DNA from: Candidatus Hydrogenedentota bacterium
GTDB lineage: Bacteria > Hydrogenedentota > Hydrogenedentia > Hydrogenedentales > SLHB01
NCBI GenBank assembly: GCA_020849535.1
Contig: JADLGB010000037.1
Location: 28,814 to 92,813, forward strand
DNA length: 64,000 nucleotides
Direction: 5' to 3'
Shown: piece by piece, positions 36,128 to 44,397 of the stretch
How the letters are laid out: each line of letters opens with the position of its first letter
Position numbering within the stretch: the first letter of the stretch is position 1
The notes under the pieces: generated by a model
Told to the model about the DNA's origin: nothing
Databases searched by the model: none
Seen by the model: only the letters and a program-made list of their open reading frames with translations
Translations under genes and position numbers: made by a program

Positions 36128-36876
36128 AGCAGGATCTCCGAAATTTGGTTGAACAAATCGCCGAGAACGCTACACACGAAGTCCCATTGCCACCAGAATA
36201 CGAGCGGAATCCCAATGAGAAGTGTGAGGTTGGCAAGAACCATGAAAACGTCCAAGGCGTTTGCATCAAATCGTGAAGGCTCGAAGGACGACGAAGGCGG
36301 CCGAAAGTTCGTCGTGGCGGAATAGACGGGCGTAATGTCGATGCTTGGCGGCGAAGCGGAGTAGTTGTTCAAACAATGCTGTCGCAGGGACTCGCGAGCA
36401 AATTCGTCGATGTGGTCCCTATCTTTCCGGAGCTTGGCGAGAAGCTGTTCCATGCAATCTCGCTGCCCCCGCCAGTACTCGTCTTGATCGGATTTGTCGT
36501 CTACTACGTCCAACATGATGTTGACATTGTGTTTGCGCGCTGCACGCGCGCCACAGTCAATGAGTTCGGACGCTGGCGTCTTGGTTTGGGCACGCATCGC
36601 AAAGGTCGGGCGCTCACCCAACTCGCCGGACCCTTGTACGGTAGCGATGATGCCGTGATTCGGCCTATACGACGGAATATTCGACAGATCCAGGTCCCCG
36701 CGAATTGCGCTCTCGCCCAGAGATGTCAGCGTGTACGATTCGTCCGGAAACGAGGACGACAAGAATGCCCACGAACTGGACTCCCCTCCGACAGGACAAC
36801 CGTTCTTCGGTTCCGCCCAACGAAGGATGTCGTCTTTGATCTTGTCTGCGTCGTCATACCGCCAGTCGTTGCTCAT
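36124..36876 (-). CDS. Tail-anchored membrane protein (single C-terminal TM helix)
   Basis: 250 aa. Soluble N-terminal part, then VFMVLANLTLLIGIPLVFWWQW near the C-terminus. 4-nt overlaps on both sides. Confidence 0.5.
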   Translation of the reverse strand: MSNDWRYDDADKIKDDILRWAEPKNGCPVGGESSSWAFLSSSFPDESYTLTSLGESAIRGDLDLSNIPSYRPNHGIIATVQGSGELGERPTFAMRAQTKTPASELIDCGARAARKHNVNIMLDVVDDKSDQDEYWRGQRDCMEQLLAKLRKDRDHIDEFARESLRQHCLNNYSASPPSIDITPVYSATTNFRPPSSSFEPSRFDANALDVFMVLANLTLLIGIPLVFWWQWDFVCSVLGDLFNQISEILL

Positions 36877-37208
36877 GACACTATCTCCTTATGTCGTTTG
36901 TGGTCGCGCGAATCACGCGGCCCTGTCGTGTGGTCTAGGTGGCAACCCCTATGCGTGTCGTGTTTGGAGGGAATGACGAAAGAACGAAGACCGCCTGGAC
37001 CGCGGGCATAGGATTCGGCCGAGCTGTTTTGGGCACTGTTCTCTGAAAGAGCAGAAGAATAGCCGGCATTCGAAAACGGCTGGGGCAGGAACGGAGACGA
37101 ACTGGAATCACCTTCAGAGAATCCGTAACTGGCCCCAGGTATGGTCCCTAAGATATGCAGTTTGATCTCGCTCGCATTGTCATTGCAACTGTGATTGCTC
37201 ACGTTCAT
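36873..37208 (-). CDS. Small Ser-rich low-complexity protein
   Basis: 111 aa. 4-nt overlaps with the kinase gene (upstream) and the TM-protein gene (downstream). SEGDSSSSPFLPQPFSNAGYSSALSENSAQNSSAES. Coding status supported mainly by the coupling. Confidence 0.4.
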   Translation of the reverse strand: MNVSNHSCNDNASEIKLHILGTIPGASYGFSEGDSSSSPFLPQPFSNAGYSSALSENSAQNSSAESYARGPGGLRSFVIPSKHDTHRGCHLDHTTGPRDSRDHKRHKEIVS

Positions 37209-38041
37209 TTCTCCAGGCAGCGTTGGATAACGCGCCGTATGTGCTCCGGCACTCCGCCGAGTCGCGCGGGCGTTTCGAAGAGATGGCCGGTGCGTTGCCT
37301 ATCGGCACCGCCGGAAAACGGCGGCCTACATTCTCGACTGAAGATTTCATAGCCGATACAGCCCAGTGCGTAGCAGTCGGCTCGGGCGCCCACGCGCTGG
37401 GGATCCTCGCCCCGCCACAACTCCGGCGCGGTGTAGGCGGGCGTCGAATACACCCGATGTGAGGGGCTTTCCTTGACGTTTTTCTCATGACGAAGCGATA
37501 TCGACGATGCGAGGTCGCACAGTACCGGACTGGATGCGGTCAGAAGAACGTTGGCTGGCTTCAGGTCCAAGTGTAAGAATCCCTGCGCATGAAAGACGGC
37601 AACGGAATCGCACAGCCCTGCGAAGAGTTGGAGTCCCTTTTCAAGGCGGTAGCCATGGCTCGCCTCATGGCGCTTGAGCCAGTCCCGCAGGGTCCCTGCC
37701 GGCACGAATTCCAAAGACACCGCCACAAACTGCCGAGCCGCCCACGCCACTTCGTAGAGCCCGAGCGCGGCAACGACGCACGACCGGTCATGCAGCTTCC
37801 TGCGCACGTCTACTTCACGGCGCACCGCGCGCCATCCATGCCCGTTCCCGCGAGGGGCAAACTTGAGTGCGACCTGCCGGGCGTATTTCGTATCCAGTGC
37901 GCGATACACCCTGCCGTGCCCGCCGTCGCCCAGCTTTGCCTGGAGGACGAAGCGGCCGTCAGCCGAGCTCAGCCCGTGAACGGCGGCTTCGGCCCTGCAG
38001 TCTGCCTCGAAGACCCATTCGCTTTTGATAGTTGCCGCCAT
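37205..38041 (-). CDS. Hanks-type Ser/Thr protein kinase, catalytic domain only
   Basis: Gly-rich loop LGDGGHGRVY. VALKF lysine. Catalytic loop HLDLKPANVL. DLA in place of DFG. TPAYTAPE activation-segment end. Confidence 0.8.
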   Translation of the reverse strand: MAATIKSEWVFEADCRAEAAVHGLSSADGRFVLQAKLGDGGHGRVYRALDTKYARQVALKFAPRGNGHGWRAVRREVDVRRKLHDRSCVVAALGLYEVAWAARQFVAVSLEFVPAGTLRDWLKRHEASHGYRLEKGLQLFAGLCDSVAVFHAQGFLHLDLKPANVLLTASSPVLCDLASSISLRHEKNVKESPSHRVYSTPAYTAPELWRGEDPQRVGARADCYALGCIGYEIFSRECRPPFSGGADRQRTGHLFETPARLGGVPEHIRRVIQRCLEK

Positions 38042-38044
38042 GTC

Positions 38045-39931
38045 TCAGTACCTGAACGTCCTCTTTGCGTTGACAGCACGACCTACCGCCCAAATCAAGG
38101 CCTTGAAGCATCGGCCGGCCCACGACGCAAACTCGGATGAATGTATAGCGTCGAGCACGGCGCGCATGGCCTTTGCTTCCGGACAGACAGTCTGGTCGCC
38201 AGGAGTGACGCTTACTACTACATGTGCGCGCACGTCATCGGCTACTGCGGGAAAGGGGCACGCCACTGCACGGCGGATACCTGAAGACGGGTCCAACTCG
38301 ACCATGCACAAGGTCATACTCGTCCGGCAGGCGCCCTCGTGGAACCACATCCACTCCCGTGCGTGGAGTTCCAAGCGTCCAAGGCCATCCACGTCCAACT
38401 CCCGCATCACTTCTTCAGCAGTCACCGCTACATGATGTGTAAGTATGGGCTGGAGGCGCGTCACCGAAATGAAGCTCCGGACGGATTGACCCACAACCTC
38501 CGACCCGGCGACCACATCCGCAAGCGTAAGCTTCTCCCCCGGAACCACGGTCAGACGGCCCTCGGCCTCGGCTTCGCACAGCATCTCGACCTTCCTGAGA
38601 TCTCCGGCGTTCCCGGCTTCCAGGGCTTCGAGCCGGCGCCGACACTCCAACGCCGGCCCAAATTGAAATAGTGCTTCATGCAACTCGGCCTGCCGTTGCA
38701 GAAAGTTGAGCGTCGCAGCAGTTGGGGCCCGGTCGTCGAGATACTCCGCTTGTCGGACCCGGACCGACAATTCCTCCACCCAAGCCGCGCCCGTGTCTGT
38801 ACCGCGTGAGCGAATCAAGTCCGCCTGCAGTTCGAGCGCAACGTGACCGTATCCCAATGCCACCATGCGCTCGACCACATCGTCGAAGGTACTGAACCCG
38901 TCCGGTAGGTGTCCGGATTCAATTGCAGCGGCAAACCCTTCCACTTCCGCCCGCCGAAGAGCCTCGCGGTATGCTTGTAGTGACGCGCGATCCTGGCCTG
39001 CAACTGATCGGAAAGGCGTGGCGGAGTCAACCGTATACATCGGTGACAGTGCCTGCGATTCGAACCGGTATGCCGTTGCCCTTCCAGTGCCATCAAGCAG
39101 AAGAAGCCCTTCTTCGATCCCGGGCAGAAACGTCCCGGCAGTAACGTCCGGCGGTCCCTCCCACACGTGCAGCGGGCGATTCGCAACAGTCAGCCACTGT
39201 TTTACCCTGCGATCATGCCGCCCGACGGTCAAGAGCGTCTCTTCCTGCGGAAGCAACACATAGAACGATCCTTCGTGAGCAGGGACCGCTGAAATCGTGC
39301 CTGTATGGAGGTTGTACGTGGCCAATAGTCCCCCTCGCGCGGGCCACGAGAGCGATGCCTCGTCTGGTGAGGCAATAAGGCGTACAAGCGCCGTCTTCCG
39401 GGGAGGACGAGGCGCCGCAATTGTTGCGATGGGCTTCGTTCGATCGACCATCCAGTTCAGCAATGACCCATCCCGGGCCAGACCCCAGAGACCTTCGCGA
39501 AGCGCTACCAGCGCGCATATGGGGCTTAACCCTGTTTCAAGGCGCACAGGCGGCTGTGCGATGCCGGCCGCAGTATTACGCCAAACATAGACCCCGGACA
39601 TGTCTGCGGCAGCAATAAGATCTTCCCCGATGGCGACCGCCTCGACCGCTTGGCCTGTTAAGCGAAGACAGCGTCCGGCTTGAGCCGCGTCTCGACCCAA
39701 ACCGCCAAGGGTGAACAGGTCTACCCGGCCGCCGCGCGTGCCGATCGTTTCCTGGTTGTTCCGACGGTCCAGGGCGTAGCACCCGTGGCCCCGGCCGTAT
39801 TCCGCCGCCGTGCTTAGACTGCCCGTCGCTGGATCAAGCCGTTCCAGGCGGCCCAGCTGGCTGCCGCCGCCCATCAGGATGAAACATTCGTCCGGGTTGA
39901 TTGCCTGCATGTTTCGAGATCCATTCCTCAT
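38045..39931 (-). CDS. Putative 7-bladed beta-propeller protein with helical middle and unknown C-terminal domain
   Basis: About seven ~40-aa units in the first ~300 aa (e.g. AVAIGEDLIAAADMSGVYVWR, ICALVALREGLWGLARDGSLLNW, GGLLATYNLHTGT, LLTVGRHDRRVKQW). Helical region ~300-450. 3-nt gap to the kinase gene. Confidence 0.5.
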   Translation of the reverse strand: MRNGSRNMQAINPDECFILMGGGSQLGRLERLDPATGSLSTAAEYGRGHGCYALDRRNNQETIGTRGGRVDLFTLGGLGRDAAQAGRCLRLTGQAVEAVAIGEDLIAAADMSGVYVWRNTAAGIAQPPVRLETGLSPICALVALREGLWGLARDGSLLNWMVDRTKPIATIAAPRPPRKTALVRLIASPDEASLSWPARGGLLATYNLHTGTISAVPAHEGSFYVLLPQEETLLTVGRHDRRVKQWLTVANRPLHVWEGPPDVTAGTFLPGIEEGLLLLDGTGRATAYRFESQALSPMYTVDSATPFRSVAGQDRASLQAYREALRRAEVEGFAAAIESGHLPDGFSTFDDVVERMVALGYGHVALELQADLIRSRGTDTGAAWVEELSVRVRQAEYLDDRAPTAATLNFLQRQAELHEALFQFGPALECRRRLEALEAGNAGDLRKVEMLCEAEAEGRLTVVPGEKLTLADVVAGSEVVGQSVRSFISVTRLQPILTHHVAVTAEEVMRELDVDGLGRLELHAREWMWFHEGACRTSMTLCMVELDPSSGIRRAVACPFPAVADDVRAHVVVSVTPGDQTVCPEAKAMRAVLDAIHSSEFASWAGRCFKALIWAVGRAVNAKRTFRY

Positions 39932-40560
39932 TTCCAGATAGGTCCATCCTCAATGAGTTTGCGAACCTGGGTGCTCATCGGATCTTTCCTCGAAGAGCCA
40001 CCCCGTTTTTCTCTACTTTCGGCAGGACTGGGAATCTCCGGCAGCACAAGCGGCGGAAACTTCCGAGGCTTGTCTTTGGCGGGCCACGGGCGCAGCCTCT
40101 GGCGATCAAGAGCTATGCAAACGTAACGTTCCGCGGCACGATGATCACGCTCAATACACTCCGCGTCCAGCAGCTCCTGTTCAAGCTCTCGGACAGAGTC
40201 CGCATACGCATCTGCGGTCGCCTGGAGCTTTGCCTGACGCGCATCTTCTCGTACACGGCTGAGCTTTGTCCGAATTCGGATGAGACATTTCTGAATGAAT
40301 TCATTCTCCTGAATGTGACTGGCGAGCATTCGCCTTATGTGCTCGATAATCTCGTCGCGCTTTGCATATTCCTGTTCGGCCGCGGGGATTTGTCCGATTT
40401 CGTTCGATTCCGGATTCCCCAGGAGCCAAACGTAACGACTCAGTTCGTCAGTTTTTCGTATCATGTTCTGGCGATTGATGCGAAACTCGGACCGGCATTC
40501 CGCGAGCGATTCAGGCGTGCGCCATCCCACTTTGAACTCTGAACTCTTCTCATCTTGCAT
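39928..40560 (-). CDS. Coiled-coil protein
   Basis: 210 aa. Heptad-like charged helices (RVREDARQAKLQATADAYADSVRELEQELLD). 4-nt overlap with the downstream gene. Confidence 0.5.
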   Translation of the reverse strand: MQDEKSSEFKVGWRTPESLAECRSEFRINRQNMIRKTDELSRYVWLLGNPESNEIGQIPAAEQEYAKRDEIIEHIRRMLASHIQENEFIQKCLIRIRTKLSRVREDARQAKLQATADAYADSVRELEQELLDAECIERDHRAAERYVCIALDRQRLRPWPAKDKPRKFPPLVLPEIPSPAESREKRGGSSRKDPMSTQVRKLIEDGPIWK

Positions 40561-41071
40561 CGCTGCTCCTTCCTGTCAGTCGAGCCCGCAAAGATTCAAT
40601 CAGCCTCCGGCTTTCAATCCGGTTGGCATTGTCCCGTTTCTGCAAGCTACTGAGGATCTCTGTCTCCTCCTCTACTGCACGCAACGCGAGCTCCACGCGT
40701 TCGATAGATTCGTGGATGTGCAGTTCCTTGGCGTCCCGCCCAAGGGTTGACTCCGTTTCTCTTGAGGAATCAATGACCCGATCCAACTCGCGTTCACGCT
40801 CCTCGCCTTCCTGCTGCAAGTCGCCCGCGGCCTCGTCGTGTTCACGGGCATGGTCGCGTGCGATGTCCTCGGCTCTGGCAAGATGCTGATCCGCCGCGTC
40901 AGCACCCTCTTGAGTCAAACCTTCCTTGACAGCCAGGCGGGTGCCTTCGACGATCTCGGTATCACTGACGCCTTTCTCGATTTCTTTCGTCTCGGCGCCC
41001 AGCTGGTCTCGAGCTTCGTCTACTTCACAATTCAGGTCGGTTCTACTCCTGATATCCCGATGCCGCATCAC
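40550..41071 (-). CDS. Acidic coiled-coil protein
   Basis: 173 aa, very E/D/R-rich helices. 15-nt gap after the HerA-like gene, 11-nt overlap with the next gene. Confidence 0.5.
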   Translation of the reverse strand: MMRHRDIRSRTDLNCEVDEARDQLGAETKEIEKGVSDTEIVEGTRLAVKEGLTQEGADAADQHLARAEDIARDHAREHDEAAGDLQQEGEERERELDRVIDSSRETESTLGRDAKELHIHESIERVELALRAVEEETEILSSLQKRDNANRIESRRLIESLRARLTGRSSDAR

Positions 41072-41086
41072 GGTCTCCTTGGTCTG

Positions 41087-43801
41087 CTACGCGATTTCGT
41101 CGAACTTCGCGCGCAGCGTTTTGGCGTGCAGGGCAATCGCCTGTCCAGCCTTGTCAAAGCGTTGTTCCAGGGTGTCTATAAGGGATCTGAAATCTCCGTC
41201 CAGCCAAGAAGGCTTGGCCAGACGCTTCACTGATCCGCGGGAACGAAACAGGTCCGCCTGCCACTCTTCGAGGTCGCGCAGCCACCGTGCCAAGGCGGAC
41301 GCCCGGGCGTTGCGGCTGCCCGTTGCCGCGAGATCGGATGGTATCGAATCCAAGACCTCCCACAATCGATCGACCCGGTGATTGCAGGCCTCCAATGTGC
41401 CGAAGATGGATTCCTCCATGTCACGGCGATATTGCGGATCCTCTTCCAGGATCAAGAGCAGCTCCTGCTCGGACAAGGGCTCTTCAAGTCCGAGATCCTT
41501 TTTCGTGTTGGGCAGACGCAGGCGCCGCGGAAAGACATAGCCGTCCGTGCTGAAGAAACAATCACCCTTGCCGAAACGGATGAGTTCGTCCCGCTGCTCC
41601 GGGGACAGAAGCATTGCCTCAGCCATACGTTCGACGTCCTGGAGATCTTGCTGCTTGAAGCAGACAATAGAGCCCACGCTCTTGAGGACTGCCGGAGAAA
41701 TGGCTGTCGGATGCTGGTCGAATATGGAAATGCTCAAACCGGCTGCTCGCCCCTCCGCCAGCAGCCGGGTAATAAGCTCCTCCGCAAACGCTGCTGTGTA
41801 GGGCGCATCGGGCGAGGCCTGGGCGGGTCCAATTGTGGGCGGGAAGACAACGTGTGCCTCCTCGATCACCACTACAATACGAGGAAGGTCTCCCCTGTGT
41901 GGCGTTGCGCTTAAGATTTGCCTCAACTCGGACAAGAGCGATATCGCCTCAAGCTGGGCTTGTTCGCGGCTCAAACCCTCCAACTCAATTATCAGGCAAC
42001 CTGAGGGCAGTGGGTCGAGTGAGGGAACGTTCTTGCTTGTGCGGTAAGCGTCTCCGGAGCGGCCCAACAAAAGCGGATAGAAGCGCACCAGCCCTGCGGC
42101 GATGAGATCGGCCTCCACAGACGGTTCATAGTGCTTCGAACGGACGACAGAGATGTATGCCATCAGGAGGTCGTCATAGGTTGGAGGGCAGGCCCGGTTC
42201 TCGAAATGATCATACAACGTGTGTAGGCTCTCTACTAGGAGTGGCTGCATGGGGCCTTCCAGGGGCGTCGAAGCCTTGAGACTCGTCAAGACGGACGTGA
42301 TGCCTTCGTCCACTGAGGCGCCCGTAGGAAGGATTAGCTGGTTTCGACGGTAGGGGAGCTTATTTGTTGAGGGACTACACAAACGAATACCCCGACCGAT
42401 ATTACGCAAGGCGGGGTTGCTGTGCCGCCGCAGGCGCAGCAGATCACGGTACTCCCGCTTGCTGCACTCAAGAATCACGACGGGAACGCCCTTCGATGCC
42501 CAATGGATGACTTCGGCAAAGCCTAAACTCGTCTTGCCAGTGCCGGTCATCCCAAGTGATCCGAAGTGTGTCGCTATGAAGCTGTCTACAATGCCACGCC
42601 AGAGAAGAGCGATATCTCTGACCGGTCCACCCGGGCACCAGTCTTGCCCTATGGGAAAGAGGCGATCTGCTGCTACGTCGAGGGGGTCACTGTCCTTGCG
42701 CACGGTCAGTGTCGGACCGGGGCCTGCCACGGGCGGAGCCACAAGGGATGTTAACTCCGATACGGAGGCAACCTGCGACAAGGCTTCCAACGGCGCACAA
42801 CACGCGGGAACGTTGCCCGGGTAGAATCGTGCAAGTGTTCGAAAGGGGTGTACGCGGCCGTGCCGCAGCGACTCACACAGCGCCTGGAGTTCATCACCGT
42901 CACTGATCGTGAGTAGTCCGTAAGACCCATCATCAAGGGTCCCTTCGGCCAAAGCTCCGGCGACCAGGCGAGCCGTAGTCGCACTTTGTGCCATGACGTA
43001 TGCCCCGAACCGTAAACTGGGCGGCCCCAGAACGCGAAGCAGGTCGCTTGCGGAACGTTCAGGGCCCTCCGCGACCGCATCTGGTTTGATGGGCGGTTCC
43101 ACGGGACGCACGTAGTCATGCAAGTGGGTCGCGTCAAGGAGTGGGCTCTCCACGCCTGCAATGGCATCAAGCCGTGAAGGGTGCAAAACTTCTCCCAAGC
43201 GTGCTGCATAGGTGCGCAAGGCCCCTGCTTCAGCGGCGATTTCCGCTCGGGCAACCGTAATCGCGATGACCACGGTTTCGTCCAGCGAGGAGAGAACCCT
43301 ATCAAGTGTAACGTGATTGCGGCGACGCCTGCCTTTGATCTCGCCAAGCAGATAATAACCCTCGCCAACGACATGGGGGTTGTCACGGGGGTCAATGCCC
43401 GGGGGAATAACATGACCGGGTCGCGTAAGCACGACGCCGGCCTTCACCTCGTCCAACGGGAGATCGAAATTCGAGATTTCCTCGAGGGACAAAAGCAGGC
43501 CCAGGCTTCCTCCCTGGATCCGCCTAATCATCGACTCGACTTCTTCGGAGTCACTACCACGAATTTGGACGATATTCTGAAGCCGCTCATGGGCAGTTCT
43601 CGCGGAACGTGGATGAAAGACATAGAAAGAAGAAAGCGTCAAGTCACTATCGGCTGGACTCGAGGTAAGTCCGCGAAGGATCTCGGCAGTCCCATCCAGT
43701 ACACCATCGAAAATGGACGCGGTTGTTGCATACCGATGGTTGGGCGAACAGGGGTCTGGCCATGCCTTAAGGCGGAGAGAACTTGACACCGACTGGTTCA
43801 A
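41087..43801 (-). CDS. HerA-like FtsK-HerA superfamily ATPase with ~400-aa N-terminal and coiled C-terminal extensions
   Basis: TTG start at 43801 with AAGGAGGA RBS 7 nt upstream. Walker A GMTGTGKTS. Walker B RIVVVIEEAHVVF. SISIFDQHPTAIS sensor-like region. Confidence 0.7.
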   Translation of the reverse strand: MNQSVSSSLRLKAWPDPCSPNHRYATTASIFDGVLDGTAEILRGLTSSPADSDLTLSSFYVFHPRSARTAHERLQNIVQIRGSDSEEVESMIRRIQGGSLGLLLSLEEISNFDLPLDEVKAGVVLTRPGHVIPPGIDPRDNPHVVGEGYYLLGEIKGRRRRNHVTLDRVLSSLDETVVIAITVARAEIAAEAGALRTYAARLGEVLHPSRLDAIAGVESPLLDATHLHDYVRPVEPPIKPDAVAEGPERSASDLLRVLGPPSLRFGAYVMAQSATTARLVAGALAEGTLDDGSYGLLTISDGDELQALCESLRHGRVHPFRTLARFYPGNVPACCAPLEALSQVASVSELTSLVAPPVAGPGPTLTVRKDSDPLDVAADRLFPIGQDWCPGGPVRDIALLWRGIVDSFIATHFGSLGMTGTGKTSLGFAEVIHWASKGVPVVILECSKREYRDLLRLRRHSNPALRNIGRGIRLCSPSTNKLPYRRNQLILPTGASVDEGITSVLTSLKASTPLEGPMQPLLVESLHTLYDHFENRACPPTYDDLLMAYISVVRSKHYEPSVEADLIAAGLVRFYPLLLGRSGDAYRTSKNVPSLDPLPSGCLIIELEGLSREQAQLEAISLLSELRQILSATPHRGDLPRIVVVIEEAHVVFPPTIGPAQASPDAPYTAAFAEELITRLLAEGRAAGLSISIFDQHPTAISPAVLKSVGSIVCFKQQDLQDVERMAEAMLLSPEQRDELIRFGKGDCFFSTDGYVFPRRLRLPNTKKDLGLEEPLSEQELLLILEEDPQYRRDMEESIFGTLEACNHRVDRLWEVLDSIPSDLAATGSRNARASALARWLRDLEEWQADLFRSRGSVKRLAKPSWLDGDFRSLIDTLEQRFDKAGQAIALHAKTLRAKFDEIA

Positions 43802-44151
43802 TACCTAATCCTCCTTCGGTCCGATTGAAACAGTTGCGGCGACTCGCCCAACACAGAAATACTCAACGCCGATTGGGTGCAGCTTACCCGTCCGTGAAAC
43901 CCGTTAGGTTCGGCCAAACTGATCTCGCGTACGATGGTCGCGCGGCGTTGATTTGAGTCACTTACACTTGCGAATATCTGTCGGCGACGTGTTCGCTCAC
44001 TTAGGGGCCTCCGCCGCCGGTTGCAGTGCCACGGACTTGTCCGACGCAAAACCCCAACCAGCGCCCAGATTCCAATCAATGTCAATCGAGTTTCCATTGG
44101 GTCAAAACTGCCGCCAACGCTCTTGAGCCCATTGCGGACGACGAATTCCAC
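43798..44151 (-). CDS. Questionable Arg-rich ORF upstream of the HerA-like gene
   Basis: TTGA overlap with the HerA-like start is the only support. Composition is non-descript and Arg-rich. Confidence 0.2.
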   Translation of the reverse strand: MEFVVRNGLKSVGGSFDPMETRLTLIGIWALVGVLRRTSPWHCNRRRRPLSERTRRRQIFASVSDSNQRRATIVREISLAEPNGFHGRVSCTQSALSISVLGESPQLFQSDRRRIRY

Positions 44152-44263
44152 ATATCCGACATGCGCCAGAGAACTTCATGAACTCACCTGCATTTTACCG
44201 TCACGCTTTTAGACCTGTCAAGCACAACCTATTGACGCACAACGACTTACGAGCGTTTTCGGT

Positions 44264-44353
44264 TACAGAGGTTCGTAGCAGAGGTGACCCAAAAACCAAG
44301 CTCTCGATGTCCTTCAAGGACTTGCATGTTGCAGAGGTTGGTGGCAGAGGTTG
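44264..44353 (+). promoter_or_regulatory. Two pairs of 13-bp-phased direct repeats (GCAGAGGTT-like) in the divergent promoter region
   Basis: TACAGAGGTT (44264), TAGCAGAGGTG (44276), TTGCAGAGGTTG (44329), TGGCAGAGGTTG (44342). Located between the HerA operon and the NACHT gene start. Confidence 0.35.
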
Positions 44354-44397
44354 AAGGTGTGGTAAGACATGGCCACGCTTGGTTTGGAGTTCGAAGC

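Noticed and set aside
28850-43801. Interpretation of the TraD-like and HerA-like ATPases as a classical type IV secretion/conjugation module
   Set aside because: No relaxase, VirB4, VirB6/8/9/10-like, pilin or oriT-like feature was seen. The TraD-like protein lacks N-terminal TM helices. A single-ATPase AICE-type transfer function cannot be excluded and is mentioned in the findings.
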